From an uncultured Gemmatimonadales bacterium (lineage in GTDB: Bacteria > Gemmatimonadota > Gemmatimonadetes > Gemmatimonadales > Gemmatimonadaceae): 64,000 nt of DNA. Shown here piece by piece: positions 46,201 through 56,540 of the stretch (position 1 is the stretch's first letter; every line of letters begins with the position of its first letter). The DNA lies in contig CAWKNZ010000002.1 in assembly GCA_963851265.1 (NCBI GenBank), forward strand, positions 576,001 through 640,000, read 5' to 3'. The notes below the pieces were generated by a model. The model did no database searches and was not told the DNA's origin. It was given only the letters and a program-made list of their open reading frames with translations. Made by a program: the position numbers and the translations under genes.

Positions 46201-47189
46201 GTGCGGCGCCCACCGACGCCGCGCCGGCGCAGGCTCCGCGGCCCGCTGCCGACCCGCGCCCCGTGGTCGCCCGGCACCGGGCCGAGTTCGCGGCGCTCCG
46301 CGCCGCGCTCGCCGGCCTCGGGGTGCTGCCCTGGCCGCGCGCGACCGCCGTCGGCGCGGCGCTCGGCCGTGCGGGGTACCGCCCGTTCGGCATACGTCGC
46401 GACGTGGTCGAAGCGCAGATCGCCGCGGCGTTCCCCGACTGGGGGGCCGCGCGCGTGCGCGAGGTCGCGGCCGCCTCGTACGCCTCGCTCGGCCGCACGA
46501 CGATCGAGGCCGCGCTGCTCCCTGCGTTAGGCAGTCGCGGCGTGCTCGACCTGTTCGCCGAGGTGGACGGGTGGGAGGTGCTCGAGGCCGCGCGCGCGGA
46601 GGGGCGCGGCGTCATTCTCGTCACCGGGCACCTCGGCAACTGGGAGGTGGGCGGCGCGTACGTCGCCGCGCGCGGCGTCCCCATCGACGGCATCGCACGG
46701 CAGCAGGAGAACCCGCTGTTCGACCGCTTCCTCACGAGCACGCGCGAACGGCTCGGGATGCGGGTGGTGTGGGACGGCGACGCGGTGCGCCGCGCGCCGC
46801 GCGCGCTGCACGCCGGGCGCGTGGTCGCCTTCCTGGTCGACCAGGGCACGTTGGGGCTCGCGTCGACGTGGGTCCCGTTCTTCGGGCGCCCGGCCAAGAC
46901 GCCGCGCGGGCCGGCGGTGTTCGCGTTGCGCCTCGGCGCGCCGGTGGTGTTCGGCGCGGCCGTACGCCGTCCCGACGGCCGCTTCCGCCTCGGCTTCGAG
47001 CGCGTGCCGGTCGCGCCCACCGGCGACCGGGAGCGCGACGTCGACGCCATCGTCGCCGCCTACACCGCGACACTCGAGCGGTGGGTCCGCCGCACGCCCG
47101 AGCAGTACTTCTGGCAGCATCGCCGCTGGAAGCACCAGCCCGCGCCGGGCGACCGCGGCGCGGCCGTCCCGCAGGCGGTAGGCGCGTGA
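46197..47189 (+). CDS. Lipid A late acyltransferase (LpxL/HtrB family)
   Basis: GHLGNWE, LVDQ, VPFFG, PEQYFWQHRRWK. Confidence 0.9.
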   Translation: MSAAPTDAAPAQAPRPAADPRPVVARHRAEFAALRAALAGLGVLPWPRATAVGAALGRAGYRPFGIRRDVVEAQIAAAFPDWGAARVREVAAASYASLGRTTIEAALLPALGSRGVLDLFAEVDGWEVLEAARAEGRGVILVTGHLGNWEVGGAYVAARGVPIDGIARQQENPLFDRFLTSTRERLGMRVVWDGDAVRRAPRALHAGRVVAFLVDQGTLGLASTWVPFFGRPAKTPRGPAVFALRLGAPVVFGAAVRRPDGRFRLGFERVPVAPTGDRERDVDAIVAAYTATLERWVRRTPEQYFWQHRRWKHQPAPGDRGAAVPQAVGA

Positions 47190-48166
47190 GTGCCGGCGCC
47201 GGCCACGGGGCGGCCGGGTCCGGCGCCGCCGCACCGCCGTCGGCCCGCGCCTGGACCGCGCTCCGCGACGACGGCCGCGCCCGCGTCGGGCTCGTGGTGA
47301 TCGCGCTGCTGCTCGTGGCGGCCACCTGCGCACCGCTGCTCGCACGGCACGACCCGGCGGCCGGCGACCTCAGCATGGCGCTCGATCCGCCCTCGGCGGC
47401 GCACTGGCTCGGCACCGACGTGCAGGGGCGCGACGTCTGGGCGCGGCTGCTCTACGGTGCGCGCGTCTCGCTCGCCGTCGGCGTCGTGTCGCAGGCCATC
47501 GCCCTCGCCATCGGCGTCGCGCTCGGCCTCGTCGCGGGGTACTACGGGCGCCGCGTCGACGACGTCGTGATGCGGCTCGCCGACGTCACGCTGGCCTTCC
47601 CGACGCTGCTCCTGCTCATCGCCATGGCGGCCGCGTTCTCACCCTCGCTCGCGACGGTGATCGTGACCATCGGCGTCGTCGGCTGGGCGGGGATGGCGCG
47701 CCTCGTCCGCGGGCAGGTGCTCGTCGTGCGCACGGCGGAGTACGTGCAGGCCGAGCGCGCGTTGGGCGCGGCCGACGTGCGCATCATGGTGCGCCACGTG
47801 CTGCCCAACGTGATCGCGCCGGTGGTGATCGCCGCGACGCTCGGCGTGGCCGGCGCGATCATGGCCGAGGCCGCGCTCTCGTTCCTCGGCCTCGGGGTGC
47901 AGCCGCCCACCGCGAGCTGGGGCGCGATGATCGCCGACGGGCGCGACCTCGCGCAGCTGCGCGGCGCGCCGTGGACGTCACTCGCCCCGGGGCTCGCGAT
48001 CGGCGTCGCGGTGCTCGGCTTCAACCTCGTCGGCGACGCGCTGCGCGACGCGCTCGACCCGCGTGCGGCGGCGCTCAGCGGCACCGACCGACGGCGCGGG
48101 CGCGTGCGACTGCTCCGCCGGGCCGACGTCCCGACCGACGCGGGCGCCGTGCCCGCGCGCCGCTAG
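47186..48166 (+). CDS. Peptide ABC transporter permease (DppC/OppC type)
   Basis: HWLGTDVQGRD, EYVQAERALGA...RHVLPN, EAALSFLGLG, GDALRDALDPR. Confidence 0.93.
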   Translation: MSAGAGHGAAGSGAAAPPSARAWTALRDDGRARVGLVVIALLLVAATCAPLLARHDPAAGDLSMALDPPSAAHWLGTDVQGRDVWARLLYGARVSLAVGVVSQAIALAIGVALGLVAGYYGRRVDDVVMRLADVTLAFPTLLLLIAMAAAFSPSLATVIVTIGVVGWAGMARLVRGQVLVVRTAEYVQAERALGAADVRIMVRHVLPNVIAPVVIAATLGVAGAIMAEAALSFLGLGVQPPTASWGAMIADGRDLAQLRGAPWTSLAPGLAIGVAVLGFNLVGDALRDALDPRAAALSGTDRRRGRVRLLRRADVPTDAGAVPARR

Positions 48167-48180
48167 CGCTCGCCAGGCCG

Positions 48181-49356
48181 ATGTCTGCCACGTCCTACGA
48201 CCTCGACGCGCTGCGCGCGGCGGAGTTCCCCTGGGCCGCCCGCGGTGACGCGGTCTACCTCAACCACGCGAGCACGGGCCCGCTCCCCGGGCGCACCGTG
48301 ACGGCGGTGACCGAGTTCGTCGCGCGCCGCGCGGAGCCGCACCGCATCGCCGACGCCGAGCTGTTCGGTACGCTCGCGCGCGTGCGCGACGGCGTCGCGC
48401 GCCTCATCGGCGCCGAGCCCGGCGAGGTGGCCTGCATGCCGAACACGACGTACGGGCTCAACTTCGCCGCGCGCGCGCTGCCGTTGGGCAAGGGCGACGT
48501 GGTGCTCACGTTCGACGGCGAGTTCCCGGCCAACGTGTACCCGTGGATGGCGCTCGCCGCCCGCGGCGTGCGACTCGAGTTGCTCCCCAGCACCCCCGCG
48601 GGGCTGCCCGACGAGGCGGCGTTGCTGCGCGCGATCGCCGAGCGGGACGACGTGCGTGCCGTCACCGTGAGTTGGGTGCAGTTCACGAGCGGGTACCGGG
48701 TCGACCTGGCCGCGATCGGCCGCGCGTGCCGCGCGCGCGGCGTCTGGTTCGTCGTCGACGCGATCCAGGGCCTCGGCGCGTGCACCCTCGACGTCCGCGC
48801 GACGCCCATCGACGTGCTCGCCTGCGGGGCGCAGAAGTGGCTGCTCTCGCCGTGGGGCACGGGCTTCGTGTACGTGCGCCGCGAGCTCGTCGGGCGCCTC
48901 GTGCCGCAGGACGTGGGCTGGCTCGCGGTGCGCGGCGCGGACGACTTCGCGCGCCTCACCAATTACGACTACACGTTCCGCGACGACGCGCGGCGGTTCG
49001 AGGTGCTCACGCTCCCATTCCACGATTTCGCCGGTTTCGCGGCCAGCCTCGACCTGCTGCACGCGCTCGGGCCGGCGGCCGTCGCCGCGCACGTTCAGGC
49101 GCTGGCCGAGCGCATCGTCGACTGGGCCGCGACGCGCGGCATCGCGCTCCTCACCCCGTGCGAGGCCGCACGGCGTGCGGGCATCGTCTCGCTCCGCCTG
49201 CCCGACGCCGCTGGCGCGTCCGCCCGCCTGAGGGCGGCAGGCGTCGCGCACTCGGTGCGCGAGGGCGCGGTGCGCCTGTCCCCGCACGGTTACAATTCGC
49301 CCGCCGACGTGGACCGCGCGCTCGACGCCCTCGACGGGCAGCCCCGCGCGGGCTGA
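48181..49356 (+). CDS. PLP-dependent class V aminotransferase-fold enzyme
   Basis: YLNHASTG, VDAIQGLG, AQKWLLSPWG, VRLSPHGYN. Confidence 0.88.
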   Translation: MSATSYDLDALRAAEFPWAARGDAVYLNHASTGPLPGRTVTAVTEFVARRAEPHRIADAELFGTLARVRDGVARLIGAEPGEVACMPNTTYGLNFAARALPLGKGDVVLTFDGEFPANVYPWMALAARGVRLELLPSTPAGLPDEAALLRAIAERDDVRAVTVSWVQFTSGYRVDLAAIGRACRARGVWFVVDAIQGLGACTLDVRATPIDVLACGAQKWLLSPWGTGFVYVRRELVGRLVPQDVGWLAVRGADDFARLTNYDYTFRDDARRFEVLTLPFHDFAGFAASLDLLHALGPAAVAAHVQALAERIVDWAATRGIALLTPCEAARRAGIVSLRLPDAAGASARLRAAGVAHSVREGAVRLSPHGYNSPADVDRALDALDGQPRAG

Positions 49357-49420
49357 CGGCCGTTCCTCCGGCCGTCGGCCGTCGCCGACGACTCATTCTC
49401 GCCACCCGCCCGCTTCCGAC

Positions 49421-49735
49421 ATGCCGACCCTGCGTCGCGGCCGTCCGACCGCCGCCGCCAAGACCACGCTCGCCCTCTCGCTCGCGCTCGTGCTGACCGC
49501 CGCCTGCCACGGCCACAACGACGCCGAGCGCGACGGCGCGGGCGGCTCGAGCCTCGGCGCGGGCGGGCCAGGCCAGCCCGGACCGGCGGCGGGGATGAAC
49601 GCCGACACGACCAACTCGCCCACGGGCACCCCCGGGCCGACGCGCAACACGACGACCACCAACACGCAGACCAAGGCGCAGGCCGCCGCCGCTGCGGCGG
49701 CGAACGCGGCCAACTCCGACCCGCGGAACCATTAG
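49421..49735 (+). CDS. Small low-complexity lipoprotein
   Basis: Basic N-terminus, hydrophobic stretch, lipobox LTAAC, then G/T/N/A-rich tail. Confidence 0.7.
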   Translation: MPTLRRGRPTAAAKTTLALSLALVLTAACHGHNDAERDGAGGSSLGAGGPGQPGPAAGMNADTTNSPTGTPGPTRNTTTTNTQTKAQAAAAAAANAANSDPRNH

Positions 49736-49743
49736 CAGGCGAC

Positions 49744-49773
49744 GCGGCGGCGCATCCGGCGCCGCCGCTGTTT
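49744..49773. terminator. Hairpin between the convergent lipoprotein gene and tyrS
   Basis: GCGGCGGCGC-ATCCG-GCGCCGCCGC perfect 10-bp stem followed by TGTTT. Confidence 0.6.
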
Positions 49774-51086
49774 CACCCCTCGATGACGCGCACGAGCGCG
49801 TACTCCCGCGCGCCCTTGCGGAGGAGCAGGTACCGCCCGACGAGCAGGTCGCCGTCGGCGAGCGTCCGCTCCCCGGCCGACAGGCGCCGCCCGCTCACCG
49901 TTAGGCCGCCCTGCTCCAGCAGCCGCCGCGCCGCGCCCTTGCTCGGCGCGAGGCCGGCCGCCGTGAACAGCTCGGGCACGTCAGCCGCCGCGAGCCCCGC
50001 GGCCGGGCGGGCCAGTTCGGTGACGGGAAACTCCTTCGACAACGCGCCCACGGCCGCCGGCGACAGCCGGTGCGGGTCGCCCTTGGCGAAGAGCAGCGCC
50101 GAGAGCTCCTGCGCCACCCGCGCCCCCTCGGCGCCGTGCACGCGCCCGGTGACGTCGTACGCCAGCGCGTGCTGCGCCTCGCGCCGGTCCGGCCGGTCGG
50201 CCGTCGCCGCGTCCAGCGCCTCGATCTCCTCGCGCCCCATCTGCGTGTAGTAGCGCAGCAGCCGCCCCACGTCGCGGTCGTCGGCGTGCATCCAGAACTG
50301 GAAGAACTGGTACGCCGACGTGCGCCGCGGGTCGAGCCACACCGCGCCCGATTCGGTCTTGCCGAACTTCTGCCCGGCGGTCGTGGTGAGCAGCGGGAAG
50401 GTGAGGCCGTGCGCCTGCGCCCCGTCGATTCGCCGGATCAGGTCGGTGCCCGCCGTGATGTTCCCCCACTGGTCGCTCCCGCCCACCTGCACGGTCACGC
50501 CGTGCCGGCGCCGCAGCTCGACGAAGTCGTACGCCTGCAGCAGCATGTACGAGAACTCGGTGAACGAGATCCCGTTCTCGAGCCGCGCGCGCACGCTCTC
50601 CTTGGCGAGCATCACGTTCACCGAGAAGTGCTTGCCCACGTCGCGCAGGAAGTCGACCGTCCCCAGCGTGGTGAGCCACTCGGCGTTGTCGGCCACGGCG
50701 GCGGCGGCCGGTCCGTCAAACTCGAGGAAGCGTTCGAGCTGGGCGCGAATCGCGCGCGCGTTCTCCTCGACGACCTCGCGCGCGTTCAGCTGCCGTTCGG
50801 CGGTCTTGCCGCTCGGGTCTCCGATCATCCCCGTGCCGCCGCCGACGAGCGCCACCGGCCGGTGCCCGTACTGTTGCATCCGCACGAGCCCCATGATCGG
50901 CAGCAGGTTGCCCACGTGCAGGCTCGCGGCGGTGGGGTCGAAACCGCAGTAGGCCCGCACCGACCCCCCGCTGAGGTGCGCGGCGAGCCCATCGGTTGCC
51001 TGGTACAGGAGCCCGCGCCATGCGAGGTCGTCGAGGAGCGGATCGCCGTGCGCGGCGGGCGGGGGAGCGGCCGTGGTGTCGGTCAT
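49773..51086 (-). CDS. tyrS: Tyrosine--tRNA ligase
   Basis: GFDPTAASLHVGN, IGDPSG, YMLLQAYDF, GGSDQWGNI, KFGKT, C-terminal S4. Confidence 0.97.
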   Translation of the reverse strand: MTDTTAAPPPAAHGDPLLDDLAWRGLLYQATDGLAAHLSGGSVRAYCGFDPTAASLHVGNLLPIMGLVRMQQYGHRPVALVGGGTGMIGDPSGKTAERQLNAREVVEENARAIRAQLERFLEFDGPAAAAVADNAEWLTTLGTVDFLRDVGKHFSVNVMLAKESVRARLENGISFTEFSYMLLQAYDFVELRRRHGVTVQVGGSDQWGNITAGTDLIRRIDGAQAHGLTFPLLTTTAGQKFGKTESGAVWLDPRRTSAYQFFQFWMHADDRDVGRLLRYYTQMGREEIEALDAATADRPDRREAQHALAYDVTGRVHGAEGARVAQELSALLFAKGDPHRLSPAAVGALSKEFPVTELARPAAGLAAADVPELFTAAGLAPSKGAARRLLEQGGLTVSGRRLSAGERTLADGDLLVGRYLLLRKGAREYALVRVIEG

Positions 51087-51123
51087 AATCCCAAGATACT
51101 GCAAAGGTTAGCTTGCCTCGCGT

Positions 51124-53490
51124 ATGCCGTCCGCTCCGTCCCCGAAGTCGTCTCCGGCGCGCGCGCCACGCCGTGCCGTCCGCCGTTCCACCGGCTGGCT
51201 CGGCCGCCACGTCCGCCTCGTCCGCGGCGTCGCCCTCACGCTCACGTTTGGCGCCGCCGCGGCGTTCGGCGCGCTCTACGCCGGCTGGGTGCTCGTCTGT
51301 CAGAACGGGACGTGCCCGTCGGTGGCCTCGCTCGAAGGCTACAACCCGCGGCAAACGTCCAAGCTCTACGCCTCCGACGGCCGCTTCGTCGCCGAGATCG
51401 GGAACGAGCGGCGCACGCTCGTCAAGCTGCAGGACATCCCCGACGTCGTGAGGGAGGCGTTCCTCGTCACCGAGGACAAGCGCTTCTACGAACACAGCGG
51501 CATCGACTGGATGCGCGTCCCCGGCGCGCTCTTGCGCGACATCCGCTACCGGTCGTTCAAGGAAGGGTTCTCGACGATCACGATGCAGCTCGCGCGAAAC
51601 GTGTTCACCGACGACATCAGCCGCGAGAAGACGCTCGTCCGCAAGCTGCGCGAGGCGAAGGTCGCCCGACAGATCGAACAGCAGTACTCGAAGGACAAGA
51701 TCCTCGAGCTCTACCTCAACCAGATCTACCTCGGCGCGGGCGCCTACGGCGTCGAGACGGCCGCGCACCGCTACTTCGGCAAGAGCGTGCGCGATCTGAA
51801 CCTGGCCGAGGCGGCCACGCTCGCCGCGCTGCCGAAGGGGCCGGAGCGCTACAACCCGCGCCGCTACCCCGACCGGGCCACGCAGCGGCGCAACACGATC
51901 ATCGGCCTCATGGGGCGCGCCGGCATCGTGAGCGACGCCGACGCGCGACTCGCGCAGGCCTACCCGCTCGAGATGGCCGGCAAGGAGGAGAGCGGCGAGA
52001 GTGCGCCGTACTTCGTCGAGTGGGTGCGGCAGCAGCTCGAGGCCAAGTTCGGGCGTCAGCTGTACGAGGACGGACTGAAGGTCTACACCACGCTCGACCC
52101 CGACATGCAGAGCGCGGCCGAGCGCGCGCTCGAGGCGCAGCTGCGCGCGATCGAAGCCGGGCGGTACGGCGCGTACAAGCACCCGTCGTTCGAGCAGTAC
52201 GCCGCGCACGGCGCCGGCGACGAGCCGCAGACCGGCGCGTCGAGCCCGTACCTGCAGGGCGCGTTCGTGGCGCTCGACCCGCGCTCGGGCGCGGTGCGCG
52301 CGCTCGTCGGCGGCCGCGACTTCGACGACTCCAAGTTCAACCGCGCCACGCAGGCGCTCCGGCAGCCCGGGTCGAGCTTCAAGCCGATCGTCTACAGCAC
52401 GGCCGTGCAGAACGGCCGCGGTCCGGCGACGATCGTCGACGACGACCCGATCACGTTAGGCGACTGGTCGCCGAAGAACTTCGACGGGAAGTTCATGGGG
52501 CCGATGCCGATGCGCCGCGGGCTCTACCTGTCGCGCAACCTCGTCGCGGTGCGGGTGGGCTCCGAACTCGGCGCGCAGGCCGTGATCGGCGAGGCGCGCC
52601 GCTTCGGCATCACGTCGCCCATCCCCCCTTACCCATCCATCTTCCTCGGCTCCGCCTCGGTGTACCCGCTCGAGATGGTGGCCGCCTACACGACGTTCGC
52701 GTCGCTGGGCACGCGGTCGGCGCCGTTCGCCATCCTCCGCGTCGAGGACCGCCGCGGCGACGTGCTGTGGCAGCCGGAGCCCAAGCGGGACCCCGTGCTC
52801 TCGCCGGAGGAGGCGTACCTCATGGTGAGCATGATGAAGGACGTGAACCAGCACGGCACGGCCTACGGTGCCGTGTGGGGCGCGGGCTTCCAGGTGCCGT
52901 CCGGCGGCAAGACGGGCACCACGAACGACGGCGCGGACGCGTGGTACATCGGCTACACGCGCGACCTCGTCGCCGGCGTCTGGGTGGGGCTCGACCGGCC
53001 GCAGCCGATCAAGCACAACGCGCAGGGCGGCGAACTCGCCGCCCCCGCGTGGACCGCGTTCATGACCGAGGTCTACCGGCGCCGCCCCTCGCCGGGCGAC
53101 TGGGAGCAGCCGGCGGGCGTGGTCGAACGGCAGATCGTGGCCGGCACCGACAAGCTGTGGCTCCCGGAGTGCGTGGGCGCGCCGGTCACCACCGAGCTGT
53201 TCATCTCCGGCGCCGAGCCCACCGACACGTGCGTCCCCGGCGAGAACTACGGCGCGCCGGGCGACTCGGTCCGCGCGGCCCCGGACACGGCCGGCGCCGC
53301 CGAGTTCCCGCTCGACGGCTCCCGCCCGGTGCGACGCCCGACGGTGCCCTTCGACAGCGGCCCGGGCGGCGCGTCCGACTCGGCCGCCGCGGCGCGCCCG
53401 CGCCCGCGTCGTCGGCGCGCCGTGCCCGACAGCTTCGGCATCCCGACCACCGCGCCCGCCACGCCGCGTGCGACGGTGCCCTTCCCGTGA
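51124..53490 (+). CDS. Class A penicillin-binding protein (PBP1A family)
   Basis: EDKRFYEH, STITMQLARN, RKLRE, LELYLN; SSFK, SRN, KTGT. Confidence 0.95.
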   Translation: MPSAPSPKSSPARAPRRAVRRSTGWLGRHVRLVRGVALTLTFGAAAAFGALYAGWVLVCQNGTCPSVASLEGYNPRQTSKLYASDGRFVAEIGNERRTLVKLQDIPDVVREAFLVTEDKRFYEHSGIDWMRVPGALLRDIRYRSFKEGFSTITMQLARNVFTDDISREKTLVRKLREAKVARQIEQQYSKDKILELYLNQIYLGAGAYGVETAAHRYFGKSVRDLNLAEAATLAALPKGPERYNPRRYPDRATQRRNTIIGLMGRAGIVSDADARLAQAYPLEMAGKEESGESAPYFVEWVRQQLEAKFGRQLYEDGLKVYTTLDPDMQSAAERALEAQLRAIEAGRYGAYKHPSFEQYAAHGAGDEPQTGASSPYLQGAFVALDPRSGAVRALVGGRDFDDSKFNRATQALRQPGSSFKPIVYSTAVQNGRGPATIVDDDPITLGDWSPKNFDGKFMGPMPMRRGLYLSRNLVAVRVGSELGAQAVIGEARRFGITSPIPPYPSIFLGSASVYPLEMVAAYTTFASLGTRSAPFAILRVEDRRGDVLWQPEPKRDPVLSPEEAYLMVSMMKDVNQHGTAYGAVWGAGFQVPSGGKTGTTNDGADAWYIGYTRDLVAGVWVGLDRPQPIKHNAQGGELAAPAWTAFMTEVYRRRPSPGDWEQPAGVVERQIVAGTDKLWLPECVGAPVTTELFISGAEPTDTCVPGENYGAPGDSVRAAPDTAGAAEFPLDGSRPVRRPTVPFDSGPGGASDSAAAARPRPRRRRAVPDSFGIPTTAPATPRATVPFP

Positions 53491-54305
53491 CCTCGCCGAT
53501 GCCCGACGTCGCGATGCCACACGGGACGCCGGCCGCCGCAGGGTGGCGTCCGCGCGACTGCCACGCCCACACCACGTTTTCGGACGGCGCGCTCACGCCC
53601 GCCGCGCTCGTCGGCGTCGCGGGAGAGCGCGGGGTTCGGCCGAGCGTCGCCGACCACTGTTCGCGAGACGTCGCACTCGCGATCAAGGACGTCGACGCGT
53701 TCCGCCGATACCTGACCACGCTCGAAGCGGTGCGCGGGGCGCACCCGGAGCTCGCCATCAGCGGCGAGTTCTGCTGGCACGACGGGCTGTGGCGCGAGAT
53801 CCCTCGCGCGCTCTGGACGCGGCTCACGCACGCGGTCGGCTCGCTGCACGCCATCTTCCTGACGGACGGCACCCGGCTGCACATGTTCTCGCGCCAGTGG
53901 CCCGACGGCCTCGATGTCGACGCCTACATGGACGCCCACGTGGCGAACGTCGAGCGGTTCGCCGCCGAGATGCCGGTCGACATCCTCGCGCACCCGACGC
54001 TCCTGCCGCTTCCCATCCGCGGGCACCCGATCGAGGAGCTGTGGACCGAGCCGCGCGAGGAGCGCGCCGTGTCCGCGCTCGCGGCCGCCGGGATCGCGTT
54101 CGAGGTCAGCAACCGCTATCGCCCGCACGAACGCTTCGTGCGCCGCGCCGCCGCGGCGGGCGTACGGCTCGCTCTCGGTTCGGACGGCCACAGTGTCCAG
54201 CAGGTCGCCGACCTGGCGTGGCCGCTGGAGGTCACGCGCACGCTGGGCGTGCCGGACGAGGAGCTGTACGACCCCGCCTCGCACGGGCGGCGGGGGCAGG
54301 CGTAG
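53487..54305 (+). CDS. PHP-domain metal-dependent phosphoesterase
   Basis: DCHAHTTFSDG, ADH, GE, GSLH, LAHP, GSDGH. Confidence 0.85.
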   Translation: MTSPMPDVAMPHGTPAAAGWRPRDCHAHTTFSDGALTPAALVGVAGERGVRPSVADHCSRDVALAIKDVDAFRRYLTTLEAVRGAHPELAISGEFCWHDGLWREIPRALWTRLTHAVGSLHAIFLTDGTRLHMFSRQWPDGLDVDAYMDAHVANVERFAAEMPVDILAHPTLLPLPIRGHPIEELWTEPREERAVSALAAAGIAFEVSNRYRPHERFVRRAAAAGVRLALGSDGHSVQQVADLAWPLEVTRTLGVPDEELYDPASHGRRGQA

Positions 54306-54419
54306 TCGCGTCCGACGTGACGGTCCGCCCCGGCGCGTCCGGCCCCGCCACCCGGGTGTGTGGGTTCCGCGCTCCGCGCGCGGCGACGGGCATCCGTTAG
54401 GCACGCGACGAGCGGCTTC

Positions 54420-55514
54420 GTGCGCCTCCACACCGCCCGCTGGGTCGTCCCGGTCGCCAGCGCGCCCGTCGTGCGCGGCGCCGTCGCGGTCGACGACGCC
54501 GGCCGTATCGCGTACGTCGGCCCGGCGGTCGACGCCCCGCCGGGCGAACTCCACGACCACGGCGACGCCGTGCTCCTCCCCGGCCTGATCGCGGTCGCCG
54601 CCGGTCCGTCAGGCAATGCGTCCGTCGGCGCGCGCCCGCGCGACGCCGGCGTGACCACGCTCGTCGCCCCGGTCGGTCACCCGTCCGACGTCCCGGCCTT
54701 CGTGGCCGCCTATCGAGGCGTCGCGACCGGCACGGCCGGCGCGGGGCTCGGCGCGTTGCGCGCCACCATCGGCGGGCTTCGCGCCGACCTTCGCGCACAC
54801 GGCGCGGCCGACCGCGTGCGCCCCGGGGTCGCGCTGCCCCCACTCGACCAGCTCGATGGCGACGACGCCCTGCTCGACGCGTGCGCATGGGCCGTCGGCG
54901 AGTCGCTCGCGCTCACCGTTCCCGCCGGCGCGAGCGCGCACGAGGTCGCCTACCTGCGCGACGGCGCGGGCCCGCTCGCCGACGCGCGCCGCGCCGCGGG
55001 CGCCAGCGTCGTCCGCCGCGCCCACTCGACGGTCCACCTGCTCGCCGAACTCGGCGTGGCCGCCGTCGCCCGCCCGCTGCTCGTCGGCGGCGCTTGGTTC
55101 GACGAGAGCGACGTGGCCCTCGCGGCCCACTACGAGTGCCCGGTCGCTTACGTCGCGTCGTCCACGGCGACGGGTCCTACCCCGCTCGCCGCGTTGCTCG
55201 ACGCCGGCGTTCGCGTCGCCCTCGCCTTCGGCGACCGCTTCGTCGCCACCGCGGCTGCCGTCACGCGCTCCCCCGAGGAGGCGCTCCAGCTCCTCACCCT
55301 CGGCGCGGCCCGCGCTCTCGAGCTCGACGCCGCGGTGGGCTCGCTCGAGGTCGGCAAGCTCGCTGACCTGTGCGCGTTCGTCCTCTCGCCGGCCGCGGTC
55401 GCCGTTGCCGATGCGAGCGGGCCCGTCCACGCTCTGCTCGCCCACGCGCCGGCGCGCGACGCGTTCACCGCCGTCCAGGGCCGCCCCGCCCCGCGCGACC
55501 GGTGCCCCGGGTAG
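54420..55514 (+). CDS. Amidohydrolase-superfamily protein, apparently lacking metal ligands
   Basis: GAVAVDDAGRIAYVG, VLLPGL, TLGAARAL...GSLEVGKLADL; no HxH. Confidence 0.7.
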   Translation: MRLHTARWVVPVASAPVVRGAVAVDDAGRIAYVGPAVDAPPGELHDHGDAVLLPGLIAVAAGPSGNASVGARPRDAGVTTLVAPVGHPSDVPAFVAAYRGVATGTAGAGLGALRATIGGLRADLRAHGAADRVRPGVALPPLDQLDGDDALLDACAWAVGESLALTVPAGASAHEVAYLRDGAGPLADARRAAGASVVRRAHSTVHLLAELGVAAVARPLLVGGAWFDESDVALAAHYECPVAYVASSTATGPTPLAALLDAGVRVALAFGDRFVATAAAVTRSPEEALQLLTLGAARALELDAAVGSLEVGKLADLCAFVLSPAAVAVADASGPVHALLAHAPARDAFTAVQGRPAPRDRCPG

Positions 55515-55561
55515 CTTTCCGCCACGCACCGGCAGACCAGACCCCACACCGCGAGACCCCA

Positions 55562-56515
55562 GTGTCCGACCGCACGAACGGCCGCACCACCGTTATCTGG
55601 CGCGACGGCCAGCTCATTCCTTGGGAGCAGGCCACGCTCCACGTGATGAGCCACGTCGTGCACTACGGCTCGAGCGTCTTCGAAGGCATTCGCTGCTACG
55701 AGACCCCGTCCGGCCCCGCAGTTTTCCGCCTGCGCGAACACATGCGTCGCCTGATGGACTCGTGCAAGATCTACCGCATGCCGATGCGCTGGTCGCTCGA
55801 CGAGCTCGTTCAGGGCACGATCGACCTCGTCGCGGCCAACGAGCTCCGCGCCTGCTATCTCCGCCCGGTCGTCGTGCGCGCCGGCGAGCAGATGGGCGTG
55901 CTCGGCATCGGCGTTCCGGTCGAGACCTTCCTCATTGCCTGGCACTGGGGCGCGTACCTCGGCCAGACCGCGCTCACCGACGGCGTCGACGTCTGCGTGT
56001 CGAGCTGGCGCCGCCCAGCACCGGCCACCATCCCCGCCCTCGCCAAGGCCGCCGGCAACTACCTCAACTCGCAGCTCTCCAAGATGGAGGCGCGGGCCGA
56101 CGGCTACTCCGAGGCGATCGTCCTCGACAACTTCGGCTACGTGAGCGAGGGGAGCGGCGAGAACCTCTTTCTCGTCCGTGACGGCGTGCTCTGGACGTCG
56201 GGGCTCGAGTCGGGGATCCTCGAAGGCATCACGCGCGACACGGTGCTCACGCTGGCGCGCGACATGGGCCTCGAAATCCGCGCCGCGCGCATCCCGCGCG
56301 AGATGCTCCTGCTCGCCGACGAGATGTTCTTCACCGGGACTGCCGCCGAGTTGACGCCCATCCGCTCGGTCGACCGGCAGCCCGTGGGCGAGGGGAAGCC
56401 GGGACCCATCACGATGGCCATTCAGGATCGCTACATGGGGACCGTCACCGGGCGGTACCCCGACGATCACGGCTGGCTCACCCCCGTCCCCGTACGCGAG
56501 ACTGCCGGGGTGTGA
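55562..56515 (+). CDS. ilvE: Branched-chain amino acid aminotransferase
   Basis: HYGSSVFEGIR, AKAAGNY, EGSGENLF, LEGITR, GTAAE. Confidence 0.96.
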   Translation: MSDRTNGRTTVIWRDGQLIPWEQATLHVMSHVVHYGSSVFEGIRCYETPSGPAVFRLREHMRRLMDSCKIYRMPMRWSLDELVQGTIDLVAANELRACYLRPVVVRAGEQMGVLGIGVPVETFLIAWHWGAYLGQTALTDGVDVCVSSWRRPAPATIPALAKAAGNYLNSQLSKMEARADGYSEAIVLDNFGYVSEGSGENLFLVRDGVLWTSGLESGILEGITRDTVLTLARDMGLEIRAARIPREMLLLADEMFFTGTAAELTPIRSVDRQPVGEGKPGPITMAIQDRYMGTVTGRYPDDHGWLTPVPVRETAGV

Positions 56516-56540
56516 CCGCCGGGCTTGGCGTGCGGTGTAT

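Noticed and set aside
48181..49356. Calling the class V enzyme a cysteine desulfurase (sufS/iscS)
   Set aside because: No catalytic Cys loop near the C-terminus (SVREGAVRLS) and no Fe-S assembly genes adjacent.
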